A DNA stretch of 64,000 nt. Origin: Desulfuromonadaceae bacterium. GTDB taxonomy: Bacteria; Desulfobacterota; Desulfuromonadia; Geobacterales; Pseudopelobacteraceae. Position 1 is the first letter of the stretch; every line of letters begins with the position of its first letter. The translations under genes were made by a program, and so were the position numbers. The stretch spans positions 12,622-76,621 of the forward strand of contig JAQUHA010000019.1 of the NCBI GenBank assembly GCA_028683855.1, in the 5' to 3' direction. This document shows positions 50,655-60,156 of the stretch, one piece after another. Below the pieces are notes generated by a model. That model ran no database searches. It had not been told where the DNA came from and saw nothing but the letters and a program-made list of their open reading frames with translations.

Positions 50655-52232
50655 ATGAAACGGCTAGTTGTTGTTACTTTACTGCTCTGCGCGACATCGG
50701 TTGCAGGAGCGGAAACTACGGGTAAAGAATGGCAGGCATCCGGACGCTTAACATCGGACATCACATTTACAAATATTGAAGGTGGCAGCAATACTGATAG
50801 TGATAGAGAGAAAACCACTCACAACGAGGAGTTGAATCTTAATCTGTCGGGTCCACTTTGGAATGGGGAGTCCGGCATTGAAACCAGGTCAAGAACCACC
50901 AACGATGACCGGATACAAAATGGTGGAGTTGAACTGCTCTATTTTAATTCCTATTACAGAGATAAAATATGGTTGGCGGAAGCTGGAGATGTTGCTGCGG
51001 GTCTTAATCCATACATTTACAGCGGAAGCCTAAAGGGATTGAAAGCCGTTTACAAATCACCCGAAAAGAGTGACGCCTGGCACTATACTCTGATTTCCGG
51101 ACTGAACAAAGGACTCTGGAGAGATTTTTATAGCAGCACCTCCGACGAAGCTCCAACCGCTTTTGCAGGCGCCTTTGAGGCTAAATATCTTTATGAAACT
51201 GCAAAGACAATCTCATTCAGCATTGCCGGACTACAGGAATATCTCTCCACTGTTAATAAAAATACCGCTGTTGCCGGTTCAGAAGGGTTTGGGGTTGGAC
51301 TCGATGGTTCATGGCGATTTAACAGACTTGTCACACTTTCAGGAAGAACGGCTTTGACCAGAGGAACAAATGACATAAGGAACGATATTCCAAACTCATA
51401 CCATAATGCCATACTCCTCAAACTACTCACAAAACCGATAGCTCCGCTCAGAAGCACTTTTACCTACCAACGGGTAAGCACCGGTTTCGTTTCTTTCGGT
51501 GGAAGCGGCAATCAAGATAAAGAGCAGATTGAAAATGCAACAACTTGGGATATAGGGTCATCACTCACGGCAAATCTGGATTTGAGAGCAAGCCGTGACA
51601 ATCTCAACGGAGATCTCGGTGCTACGCAGAAAAATTACTATGAATATGGACAACTAACCTACTATCCCGATTTTATCAAAAGAGGAGAGCTGACAATTCA
51701 AGCCTCAAATAAAGATGTCACCGGGAGGGGAACGGACAACAAGCAGTTGACTATCGGAACCGATTTCGCTCTTCGCAGCAAATCAGGATGGAGATATGGA
51801 GTTGGGTATGAGTTTGGTGACTATAGCGACAACAAGTCAGCAGTTTCTTCGCAGACGACTAATATCTACAGGGCGCTGCTTGGCTATAAACATAACCTGA
51901 CGGATGACCGCTCATACAGAATGACACTGAGCGCAAACTATCTCGACATCACGGCACAGCAAAATAAAATTGGTTTCAAAGTTGACGCTGGATATAGCCA
52001 CAACAGAAAGCTCTCCATGGATCTGCTTTATATGACAGACTATGTTGATATGCGTCAGAATGATGATACTGCAAACTCAACTTATCAGCTCAGAGCGAAT
52101 TACGTTCTGGATGAAAAAGGGAAGTATATTGTGCAGTTGTCACTTGAAGAGCGTGATATCGATGTGGATAATCAGCCCACAAGCAGCTACAACGAAACTA
52201 TCGGGAAGATTTCCCTCGCGATGAATTTTTAA
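50655..52232 (+). CDS. outer-membrane beta-barrel protein of unassigned family
   Basis: Signal peptide MKRLVVVTLLLCATSVAGA. Alternating-hydrophobic, Y/G/N/D/T-rich strand pattern throughout. C-terminal ...ISLAMNF (terminal Phe). AAGGAG Shine-Dalgarno. No POTRA-like or plug-like N-domain visible. Confidence 0.7.
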   Translation: MKRLVVVTLLLCATSVAGAETTGKEWQASGRLTSDITFTNIEGGSNTDSDREKTTHNEELNLNLSGPLWNGESGIETRSRTTNDDRIQNGGVELLYFNSYYRDKIWLAEAGDVAAGLNPYIYSGSLKGLKAVYKSPEKSDAWHYTLISGLNKGLWRDFYSSTSDEAPTAFAGAFEAKYLYETAKTISFSIAGLQEYLSTVNKNTAVAGSEGFGVGLDGSWRFNRLVTLSGRTALTRGTNDIRNDIPNSYHNAILLKLLTKPIAPLRSTFTYQRVSTGFVSFGGSGNQDKEQIENATTWDIGSSLTANLDLRASRDNLNGDLGATQKNYYEYGQLTYYPDFIKRGELTIQASNKDVTGRGTDNKQLTIGTDFALRSKSGWRYGVGYEFGDYSDNKSAVSSQTTNIYRALLGYKHNLTDDRSYRMTLSANYLDITAQQNKIGFKVDAGYSHNRKLSMDLLYMTDYVDMRQNDDTANSTYQLRANYVLDEKGKYIVQLSLEERDIDVDNQPTSSYNETIGKISLAMNF

Positions 52233-52257
52233 GCTAGTACATCAAGAGGGGATTCCC

Positions 52258-55200
52258 ATGCGCAAGATCATATCTTATCTGTTTCTTACAGTGCTGTTAT
52301 TTTACGGAGAGACAAACGCAACCACATTAAATGTTGCACAAATGGCCTCTATCAGTCCGGTAATTGTGACCAATGCGGGATTGATTGATGAGATTATGAT
52401 CAATGGGAGGCGCTTTGATTCCCTCAACAAACGAACAATTGAATTTTACAAAGATGATCTGAAAGATGGAAAAGTTCTTATTACCGGACTTCTGGAGCGC
52501 GAAGATGGGGGCGCTTTGGATGATTTACAGGTCGAGATAACCACAGATGGAGGGACAACATGGAGCCGCGCGGCGGGTCATGCCAACTGGGAATGGTTTT
52601 TCCAACCTCAAACAGGCAAAACGTACGAGTTCTCGATCCGCGTTGTTCAGGCGATCCCTGCCAGCGATCTGATAATTCCCGTACCTTCTACATTAAGTAT
52701 CGCCGGCTTTTCATTTACCCCCGACAGTAGTGCAACCCTGGTAGGCGGGCTTCTTAGCGGAACCGGAAAAATCACCATACCTTATTTTGAACAGTTCTCG
52801 CTGCCGCAGGATGTCGCTGTAGCTTTTGATGATTTGAATATTGCCAACGGCGTGGTGATTTCCGGTAAAGTGACCAGTCAGACCCCATTCACATTATCAA
52901 CAGATGCAGTAGATATTTCCGTCTCAAAGCTGGTTATCTCTGCGACACCTGATCACAGCACACTTGAAGGCAGCGCAAAACTGAAAGGTTTTCTCGGGGC
53001 ACTGCCCGTGCTACCCCTTGAAAACGGCAGCAAACTCCTGGTGAGTTCGTTTCAGGCTAGCGTAGCGGTAAACTCGCAATCATTCGTTATCTGGCAGGAA
53101 AAAGGGGTCAAGCTCACGCTTGGCGATGGCTCCGTCCGTGTGAATTATAATCTGGGTGACAGCAAAACGACGCTTGACCTGAGCGGTTTAACGACTTCGG
53201 TAAAATTCGGTACTCTGCTGACTGATGCCGCCAACACGAGTGACTCGATAACGGCATCTCTTTTATCGGCAGTCGGAACGGTATATTCTCTCCGGACAGT
53301 TGGTCAGGCATATCTGCTGAATAGTGCGATTACCCTGAACAACGCGGCAATGAGCATTGATATTGCCGATATCAATGCGCCAAAAATTACCTTGAACAGC
53401 TCAATAGATTTTTCCGGTTACAACCACGCAATCATAAAGAAACTTACCGGTGGCACCATTACTGCGGATATTTCCAAAACCGGATTTAGCGCTGCTATCA
53501 GTTTTGCCAACGCATTGGCTCCGGCAACTCTACTTAATCGCGGCGGGCTGGACAAAAATGTCCGGATGGAATTCACTGCTCCCCCTGAATTCTCAATTTC
53601 CATAGCGAAAAACGGTGATCTACCGACATTTAATCTTAACGGTTTATCAGCCAAACTGAACTTCGGCGATCTTTTGACAAACGCCAAGGCGCAAGGTGCT
53701 GAAACGGCAACATCGGTGGTGGCGAATATTGCCTTTGCTGCGGACTCTGCAAGTAATGTGATCCTCTCTTTTCCTGAAACCGCAGTTGCCTATCTGCCTG
53801 GAGGGAAATTTGGGCTGGCCGGTATTAACGCAAGTTTGAATCCTGGGGATCTTTCCGTGTCAATCAATGCCAGCGCCAATCTCGATGCCTATGCTGATCC
53901 GGTTTTCAACGCCTTCAGCGGGACAGCTGTACGGGTTGCGGTCGCCTCGACGGGGGTTACGGCAAGCCTGACGGCTGACAGCGGAATAGATCCAATCGTT
54001 CTTATGAATCGGGGCGGGGCTGGAAAAGATGTGCTTCTCACTGTTAACGGGACTCCATCGGCAACTCTGACGATCGGCGGCAATACGGTCGATTTAAGCT
54101 TTGGCGCATTAAACGCCTCGGTAAAATTTGGCGATATCCTTCAAAGCGCCAAAGGCTCTTTTGCACCTGTTGTAGCAAGCCTGCAAAGCGCCGCCGATAA
54201 TGCGCGACAGTACACACTTTCCTTTCCAAACGGTCCTCTCTATCTCCTTGGCAGTTCGTTCGGGCTTGAAGGGGTAAGTGCAGGCTTCAACCTCGGCGAC
54301 AAAACGATCAGCCTGACCGGCAGCGCCAATCTCCAGGATTACAGCGCTCCGCTGCTGAAAGCCATGAGCGGCTCCACGCTCAGCGCGACCATCGCCCCGG
54401 CAGGTTTTTCCGCCACACTGACGCCAGTCGGCCAATTAGCCCCCTTCACCGTTCTTGATCGCGGCGGTTCCGGTAAAGACGTGCAGGTCGCCTTTACCAC
54501 TCCACCAACGGTTCGTCTCACTCTACGGGGTGGGGATATTGATTTTGGCTTGGACGGCGGGTCTGCCGAGATCCGTTTTGGTGATCTGCTGGAGCAAGCC
54601 GTTGCTACGTTGACCGCACAGCAAAACGAAGCACGGCAGACAATTAGCGGTATGTATAACTGGAGTCTGGAAGGGCGCAGAAAGCTTATTGACGAGTCCA
54701 AAATGTTTCTTAGCTCTCTCAAAGGATCACTTGATCTGAAAACCATAACCACTCCGAAGATCTCTTTCAATGCTCAGGCGGATCTGCATGAATACGGCGG
54801 ACTGTTCTCCACGGTAACCAATGCGCAGCTCAGCAACGCGCTTATTTCAGGGGCAGGAGTAAGCGGCACACTCGCCGTCAATATCGGCAGTATTGATATC
54901 TGGCAGGAAAAAGGGGTCAAGGTCGTATTTACTGAAAATCCATCGCTCCGTTTTGCTCTTGGCGGCAGCGGATTTTCACTCGGCTTTGCAAGCATCGCCG
55001 GAAATCTGAATTTTGGGGCATTACTGGAAAATGCCGTCGCGGAAATCAGGAGAGCTACTCCTGACACCAGTGAGCTTGAAGTTGATGCCAAAAATGCTAC
55101 AACCACGGCGACTGCCGAGATGCTCTGGAATATCAACGGAGCTAAAAAGCTTGCAGGGAGCACCGTCTCTCTACAAAACCTTGCCGGTACGCTTAATATT

Positions 55201-58200
55201 GCCGATATTTCCGCCCCTTCGATTAGCCTTAATGCCACGGCAGATCTTAGTCAATACGGTGGAATATTAAGCAGCGTCAGCAGCGCCGCTCTTGAAGGTG
55301 TAACCATCTCGAAAACCGGCTTGAAAGGGACATTGTCTACCTCGCTCCGGGAGATCGATATCTGGAAAGACAAAAACGTCAAGCTCTCTCTGACCACCCC
55401 CGCGAAGTTCAAGCTGGATGTGACAAGTAGCGGCGTCAGCGTTGGCATTGGTGAGCTGAATGGTTCGGTTGATTTTGGCGATCTGCTGAACAATGCCACG
55501 GCACAGCTTAACACTGTCAGCAACGGAGTGCATGGCTGGGCACTGAATGAGGTACATGCCCTCGATAGTGGCTCTATCAAGTTACAGAACCTGGCGGGGC
55601 AGGTCGATCTTACTGATTTGAGCAAACCCCGGATCGGGATGAACGGGCAGATTGATCTGAAGGGTTATGGCGGTATTTTCAGTCAGCTTGAACCGGTTGC
55701 CGTAGAGAATGCAACCATTACTCTGGATGGCTTCAAGGCCGATGTCAGCGTGCCGCTGGTGGCGGTTGATATCTGGGAGACAAAAAAAGTCAAGGTGAAC
55801 TTTACCGGCGCAACACCGCCACTCCTGAATATGGCCGTGACACGCGACGGATTGAAAGCGGGGCTTTCTAATCTGAGCGCGAAACTTCAGTTCGGTGATC
55901 TGCTCGGCGGTATTGAGGCGGAGCTGACGCAGGCAGTAGGTCTGCCAACGCAGCCATCGCTTTATAAATGGAGTGTGCCAGATGTTCCCAATCCCCGAAC
56001 CCTGCTCACCGACAACCTGGGTAGTGTAACCGTTTCAGGTATAAACGGGACATTCAACCTGAGTGACCTGTCCAATCCTGCCATTGTCTTTGACGCCGCC
56101 GCCGATTTCAGCAGCTATTCGTTACCAGGATTCACTCTTAGTACGGTTGCGCTTGACGATGCCCGGATTTCTCGCAGCGGCATCGAATGGAATATGAGGG
56201 TGCAGGGGGAAACAACCATTACGGTTCTCGATCTTGGCGAAGAGAGCCAGGATGTCCGTCTCGTCCTTGCCGGATCGACCACTGCCGGAACAAACGGCGT
56301 AGGAGCTGACGGGAGTGCAAAGCTCTATTTCGGAGCGTTGTTCGACAGCGTGGAGCCGGTCGTTCTCGTGAAGGATGGGAATAATTTCACCTTTCCCGCC
56401 ATCAATAAAACATTCACCTATATCAAAGCAGGGCAGAGCATCAGTTTTTCCGACCTTTACGGAACAGTTACAAAAGTTGGAGACGCCTATAAAATCTCGC
56501 TTGGCGGCACGGCAGAGCTCCAATCAACCCTCCTTTCTAAAATCGGAACGCAGAGCATAAATTTCAGCGACCTCGAAATCAGCAGCGCCGGTTTCAAAGG
56601 GTCTATAAATGCAACATGGATCAATCAAACCTTTGATATTTTAGGCGGCAAAGCAAAAATTGTCCTCAGGAGCGCAACTGTTGCTATCGATTCAAGCGCC
56701 ACGCTGCCAATCAAGCTGACAGCGCTTGACGGAAGCCTGGATCTGACTCCTCTGTTTGCCGCCGGGCAGTCAGCACTGGGCGCACTCTCCATGAACGGAG
56801 CGCAGCTTGGCTGGACTCTGCCAAACGCATCGTTCACTTACAAAGATAATTTCATCTTCAAAAACCTGAGCGGCACTCTTGATCTTGACAACCTGACGAC
56901 ACCATCAATCGGTTTGTCAGGTAACTTCAGCTACAAAGGTATTACCGGCCTCGACCTTGCGCTGAACAACTTTTCCGTCACCGCTGCCGGTTTGAGCGGC
57001 ACGGTTGCCCTCGCCAACGGGGCTATTGCTGTTGGAACTCTTAGTGGGCTTAAGCTGACATCCTTGAGCGCGACCTTCGGGGGTACGGATACTATCTCCG
57101 GCTCAGTTGCCCTAACTTACAGTAACAACAGCTTTCTCGGTTCCGGAAAAGCTGTGAACCTGGCGTTTGGGGCAAACATAAGTGAGAACGGCATTGGCGA
57201 CTTGACGCTCAGCGGCACCGCTCCAAATGTAGAAATTGCGAATTTTGCCAAACTGATATTTACAAATGTCGCTGCAACACCTGCGTGGGAAAACTTCTCT
57301 ATCACCCTCGACGGCACCGTAAAACCGGACAATCCTCTATTTAAAGCTGCGAGCAGTCTTGAGTTAAAAGGACTTAAAATATCAAGCAGTGGTATTAGTG
57401 TTGAGGGCGCAGGAATGGAATTTGACGTCAGCGGCGCCAATGCTTTGCTGGGTGGTTTTCCTCTGAGTATCAGCAAACTCGGTATCGGATTTGATGATAG
57501 TACATTTTACCTGAGTGCTAAAGGTGAGCTTAGCCTGGATATTGCGAAAGCCGGCGCCGGTGTCAAACTAAAAAGCAACGGTGGACTGAGCGTTGACAAT
57601 ATCTCCATTGCAGTCACTCAACCGGCAGTGAGTTTTGGCGGTGAAGTTGCCTGGTATAGCAGCGACCCGACTTTTGGCAATGGTTTTGGTGCGTCGGGAC
57701 TTTCTCTCAAAATAGCTGAGATGTTCAGCGTAACCGGTACATTTAAAACAGGTACATCAACAGGCGGGCGATATTGGATGGCCAAAGCACAGGGGGGCCT
57801 TGGAGGCGGAATCCCGATGACACCGCTGCCACTTAGCATATACGAAGCAGGCGGCGGTGCAGCGTATAACATGACGTATAGAGAAGCGGAAAAAGATTTT
57901 GTGCCGGGCAACGCTAAGAACGTCGTCATTATCCTTTCATCCCTGATCGGTACTAACGATGTCGGTTATACTTGGCATGGCCAGTTTGAAATAGCGTTGG
58001 ACAGTGCAAAGCAGATTACCGCCACGGGAGACAGCTACCTGCTCAGCGAAAAAGATAAAAAACCTGGCGATAGAAAGATCTCGGCAATAGCGACATTGAC
58101 GTCCGACAGTTTCCAGATCAACGGAGATGCCAACATTACCTACGAAATTTTCAACTTTAACGGTAATCTGGATATCCTGATGAGCTCAAGCGCCCAGCAT

Positions 58201-60156
58201 GTTTACGTCGGGACAAACAGAGACATGGTCAGTATCAGCCTTGTTCCTTTGGGGCTAAGTGCGCGTGGCTACTTCATGATCGACAACAGGCAGCTTGCTT
58301 TTGGGGCACTGTATGAACTGAAGAAGAGATTGTCTCTCGACTGGTGGGGACCAAATCCGTGGGTTGCCATTGACGCTGAAGCGGGAGCTGAAGGGCGAAT
58401 CTATTACAATCCGTTTTTCATGGATCTTGGCGCACATGCAGCAGTAACGCTTTCAGCCGGATATGGCAGCGTATTCAGCGGCTCACTCGGTATGGGCATG
58501 GATCTCCGTTTTAGAGCGCCGGATCCGACTTATGCCAAGGTGAAGCTTAAATTCTATCTGCCGGTTTACGATGGCTGGGTTTCATTTACCACCTATTTCC
58601 CTTCAAAACCCGCCAGCGTCAGCAGTGACAGCTATCCTCCGTTAATCAACGAGATCGAACCGGGTCAGGATAGTGATGTTTCGCTCTTCCCTGCTCTTAC
58701 CGTATCGACGACACTTGCAAGCGATGGCACGCTGTTTGCCAAAGATGACAGCATTGAGGAAAAAGACAAAATATACCACTCTGAGGTAGTGGGGCTGAAA
58801 TTAACCGACACGCAGACAAATCAGAATATTCCGTTGGCAACAAAACTGGCAGCGGGAAACGAGCATGAATTCATCCCACGCCAACTGCTGGCTCCCGGTC
58901 ACAGCTACACCTTCAGTGGAAAAGTTAATCTCCTGAAAAATAATAAAGTTGTCAAAACTGACAGTATCAATAAAACCTTTGCTACAACTACGGCTGATGA
59001 ACTGAAATTTGACGAGATCATCGAACTGGTTACCCCGCTGCCATTGGCCGTCAATGTAATGAATGAAGTACAAATCGTAATGAAGTATAAGGACATCATC
59101 AATTACCTGCCGAGAAGGGAGCAGGATCCGCATGTGCAGTACCGGCTGAAGGTTACCAACCAGAAAGACGAGGTAATCACCGGAACGACTTCCTATCATG
59201 AGGCGACGCGCAGCGTGATTTTCCAGCCAGGCAAGGATCTGGTGCGCGCAGTCTATTATTGCCGCTATGAGGCGACTGGAGAAGTCAGGAATACGGTCAA
59301 AAACGACAGGGGAGAGTATCTGAATCCGTTCAAAAACTTCCAGGTAGATAGTGTGCAGAACGCATCTTCGGGCAATTCCTCTGCTCTTTCTCTTGCAGGC
59401 AGTGCCACTGCACATACAGCTCATCTGGACCGTTATACCTACTATACCCATGACCGCTACAAGATCACAATTACTGACCCTGTCGAGAAAGTGGTTTATT
59501 TTTCGACATTTACAGCGAAGCACAGCCTGACCGCCACAGAAAGCCTACAACGATTTGATGGGATGAATGAGCGGCTCGATCCCTCTCTTTCAATAATGAC
59601 GGATACGGGTGATGCCAAACGGGTCTACCTGAAAGTCAACTCCGCTTTGGGCGCTATCGGCATCGAAGAGGGGATTGGCCTTGGTTATCGTCTGACAACA
59701 ACATGGCAGGTTGAGGGTGGAGCAGATGTTATCATCACCGATAACCATGAGGCATACTGGCCGGACAAATATATGCTCGATCTCGGCGTCAGGAAAAACT
59801 TCACGCTTCCGGTCAGCGCTCTCAAAAGTGCTGTTATCGAGTATTACAACACAACCACCAACGCGGCTCTGCTTACGCAAGTAGTGCGGATAGTCAACGG
59901 CGGAACGACAAACCAGAGTCAGCATGAAGCGGATATGCAAGGTGTAGCCGATAGAGTGAAAGGGACCTCTGGCAGGGGGCAGCTTACTGGCAGTGTGGCG
60001 GGCGCAGGTGGTTTTACAGGTGTAGGTGGCATGGCTGGTTCCGGTGGTTTTGCCGGCTCGGGCGGTGGCGGTTTGGCTGGAGGAGGCCTGCAGGGGGTGG
60101 AAGGCATTGGTGGTGATATTGGAGCGCAATTAGATTTTCAGGGGGGTGGACTATGA
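52258..60156 (+). CDS. giant (2,632-aa) secreted repeat protein of unknown function
   Basis: Uninterrupted 7.9-kb ORF with a GAGGGG Shine-Dalgarno and signal peptide MRKIISYLFLTVLLFYGETNA. Asp-box TTDGGTTW (52540-52563). At least 8 modules of about 150 aa. Ig-like C-terminal domains. Gly-rich tail. Apparently only one Cys. Confidence 0.88.
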   Translation: MRKIISYLFLTVLLFYGETNATTLNVAQMASISPVIVTNAGLIDEIMINGRRFDSLNKRTIEFYKDDLKDGKVLITGLLEREDGGALDDLQVEITTDGGTTWSRAAGHANWEWFFQPQTGKTYEFSIRVVQAIPASDLIIPVPSTLSIAGFSFTPDSSATLVGGLLSGTGKITIPYFEQFSLPQDVAVAFDDLNIANGVVISGKVTSQTPFTLSTDAVDISVSKLVISATPDHSTLEGSAKLKGFLGALPVLPLENGSKLLVSSFQASVAVNSQSFVIWQEKGVKLTLGDGSVRVNYNLGDSKTTLDLSGLTTSVKFGTLLTDAANTSDSITASLLSAVGTVYSLRTVGQAYLLNSAITLNNAAMSIDIADINAPKITLNSSIDFSGYNHAIIKKLTGGTITADISKTGFSAAISFANALAPATLLNRGGLDKNVRMEFTAPPEFSISIAKNGDLPTFNLNGLSAKLNFGDLLTNAKAQGAETATSVVANIAFAADSASNVILSFPETAVAYLPGGKFGLAGINASLNPGDLSVSINASANLDAYADPVFNAFSGTAVRVAVASTGVTASLTADSGIDPIVLMNRGGAGKDVLLTVNGTPSATLTIGGNTVDLSFGALNASVKFGDILQSAKGSFAPVVASLQSAADNARQYTLSFPNGPLYLLGSSFGLEGVSAGFNLGDKTISLTGSANLQDYSAPLLKAMSGSTLSATIAPAGFSATLTPVGQLAPFTVLDRGGSGKDVQVAFTTPPTVRLTLRGGDIDFGLDGGSAEIRFGDLLEQAVATLTAQQNEARQTISGMYNWSLEGRRKLIDESKMFLSSLKGSLDLKTITTPKISFNAQADLHEYGGLFSTVTNAQLSNALISGAGVSGTLAVNIGSIDIWQEKGVKVVFTENPSLRFALGGSGFSLGFASIAGNLNFGALLENAVAEIRRATPDTSELEVDAKNATTTATAEMLWNINGAKKLAGSTVSLQNLAGTLNIADISAPSISLNATADLSQYGGILSSVSSAALEGVTISKTGLKGTLSTSLREIDIWKDKNVKLSLTTPAKFKLDVTSSGVSVGIGELNGSVDFGDLLNNATAQLNTVSNGVHGWALNEVHALDSGSIKLQNLAGQVDLTDLSKPRIGMNGQIDLKGYGGIFSQLEPVAVENATITLDGFKADVSVPLVAVDIWETKKVKVNFTGATPPLLNMAVTRDGLKAGLSNLSAKLQFGDLLGGIEAELTQAVGLPTQPSLYKWSVPDVPNPRTLLTDNLGSVTVSGINGTFNLSDLSNPAIVFDAAADFSSYSLPGFTLSTVALDDARISRSGIEWNMRVQGETTITVLDLGEESQDVRLVLAGSTTAGTNGVGADGSAKLYFGALFDSVEPVVLVKDGNNFTFPAINKTFTYIKAGQSISFSDLYGTVTKVGDAYKISLGGTAELQSTLLSKIGTQSINFSDLEISSAGFKGSINATWINQTFDILGGKAKIVLRSATVAIDSSATLPIKLTALDGSLDLTPLFAAGQSALGALSMNGAQLGWTLPNASFTYKDNFIFKNLSGTLDLDNLTTPSIGLSGNFSYKGITGLDLALNNFSVTAAGLSGTVALANGAIAVGTLSGLKLTSLSATFGGTDTISGSVALTYSNNSFLGSGKAVNLAFGANISENGIGDLTLSGTAPNVEIANFAKLIFTNVAATPAWENFSITLDGTVKPDNPLFKAASSLELKGLKISSSGISVEGAGMEFDVSGANALLGGFPLSISKLGIGFDDSTFYLSAKGELSLDIAKAGAGVKLKSNGGLSVDNISIAVTQPAVSFGGEVAWYSSDPTFGNGFGASGLSLKIAEMFSVTGTFKTGTSTGGRYWMAKAQGGLGGGIPMTPLPLSIYEAGGGAAYNMTYREAEKDFVPGNAKNVVIILSSLIGTNDVGYTWHGQFEIALDSAKQITATGDSYLLSEKDKKPGDRKISAIATLTSDSFQINGDANITYEIFNFNGNLDILMSSSAQHVYVGTNRDMVSISLVPLGLSARGYFMIDNRQLAFGALYELKKRLSLDWWGPNPWVAIDAEAGAEGRIYYNPFFMDLGAHAAVTLSAGYGSVFSGSLGMGMDLRFRAPDPTYAKVKLKFYLPVYDGWVSFTTYFPSKPASVSSDSYPPLINEIEPGQDSDVSLFPALTVSTTLASDGTLFAKDDSIEEKDKIYHSEVVGLKLTDTQTNQNIPLATKLAAGNEHEFIPRQLLAPGHSYTFSGKVNLLKNNKVVKTDSINKTFATTTADELKFDEIIELVTPLPLAVNVMNEVQIVMKYKDIINYLPRREQDPHVQYRLKVTNQKDEVITGTTSYHEATRSVIFQPGKDLVRAVYYCRYEATGEVRNTVKNDRGEYLNPFKNFQVDSVQNASSGNSSALSLAGSATAHTAHLDRYTYYTHDRYKITITDPVEKVVYFSTFTAKHSLTATESLQRFDGMNERLDPSLSIMTDTGDAKRVYLKVNSALGAIGIEEGIGLGYRLTTTWQVEGGADVIITDNHEAYWPDKYMLDLGVRKNFTLPVSALKSAVIEYYNTTTNAALLTQVVRIVNGGTTNQSQHEADMQGVADRVKGTSGRGQLTGSVAGAGGFTGVGGMAGSGGFAGSGGGGLAGGGLQGVEGIGGDIGAQLDFQGGGL
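52750..56345 (+). repeat. protein-level tandem array of about 150-aa modules marked by the motif [KNRQDY]-F-G-x-[LI]-[LF]
   Basis: The motif Phe falls at aa 317, 469, 624, 774, 919, 1073, 1212 and 1358 (nt 53206, 53662, 54127, 54577, 55012, 55474, 55891, 56329), giving spacings of 139-155 aa. The units are diverged at nucleotide level. More degenerate units appear to continue to about aa 1750. Confidence 0.8.

Noticed and set aside
50655-60156. Two-partner secretion (TpsB/TpsA) or autotransporter as an explanation for the barrel plus giant protein.
   Set aside because: The barrel shows no POTRA-like repeats or Omp85 loop-6 motif. The giant protein's N-terminus lacks the TPS NPNL/NPNGI motifs and its C-terminus is Gly-rich and disordered, not a barrel. 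This judgement is by eye only and needs an HMM check.
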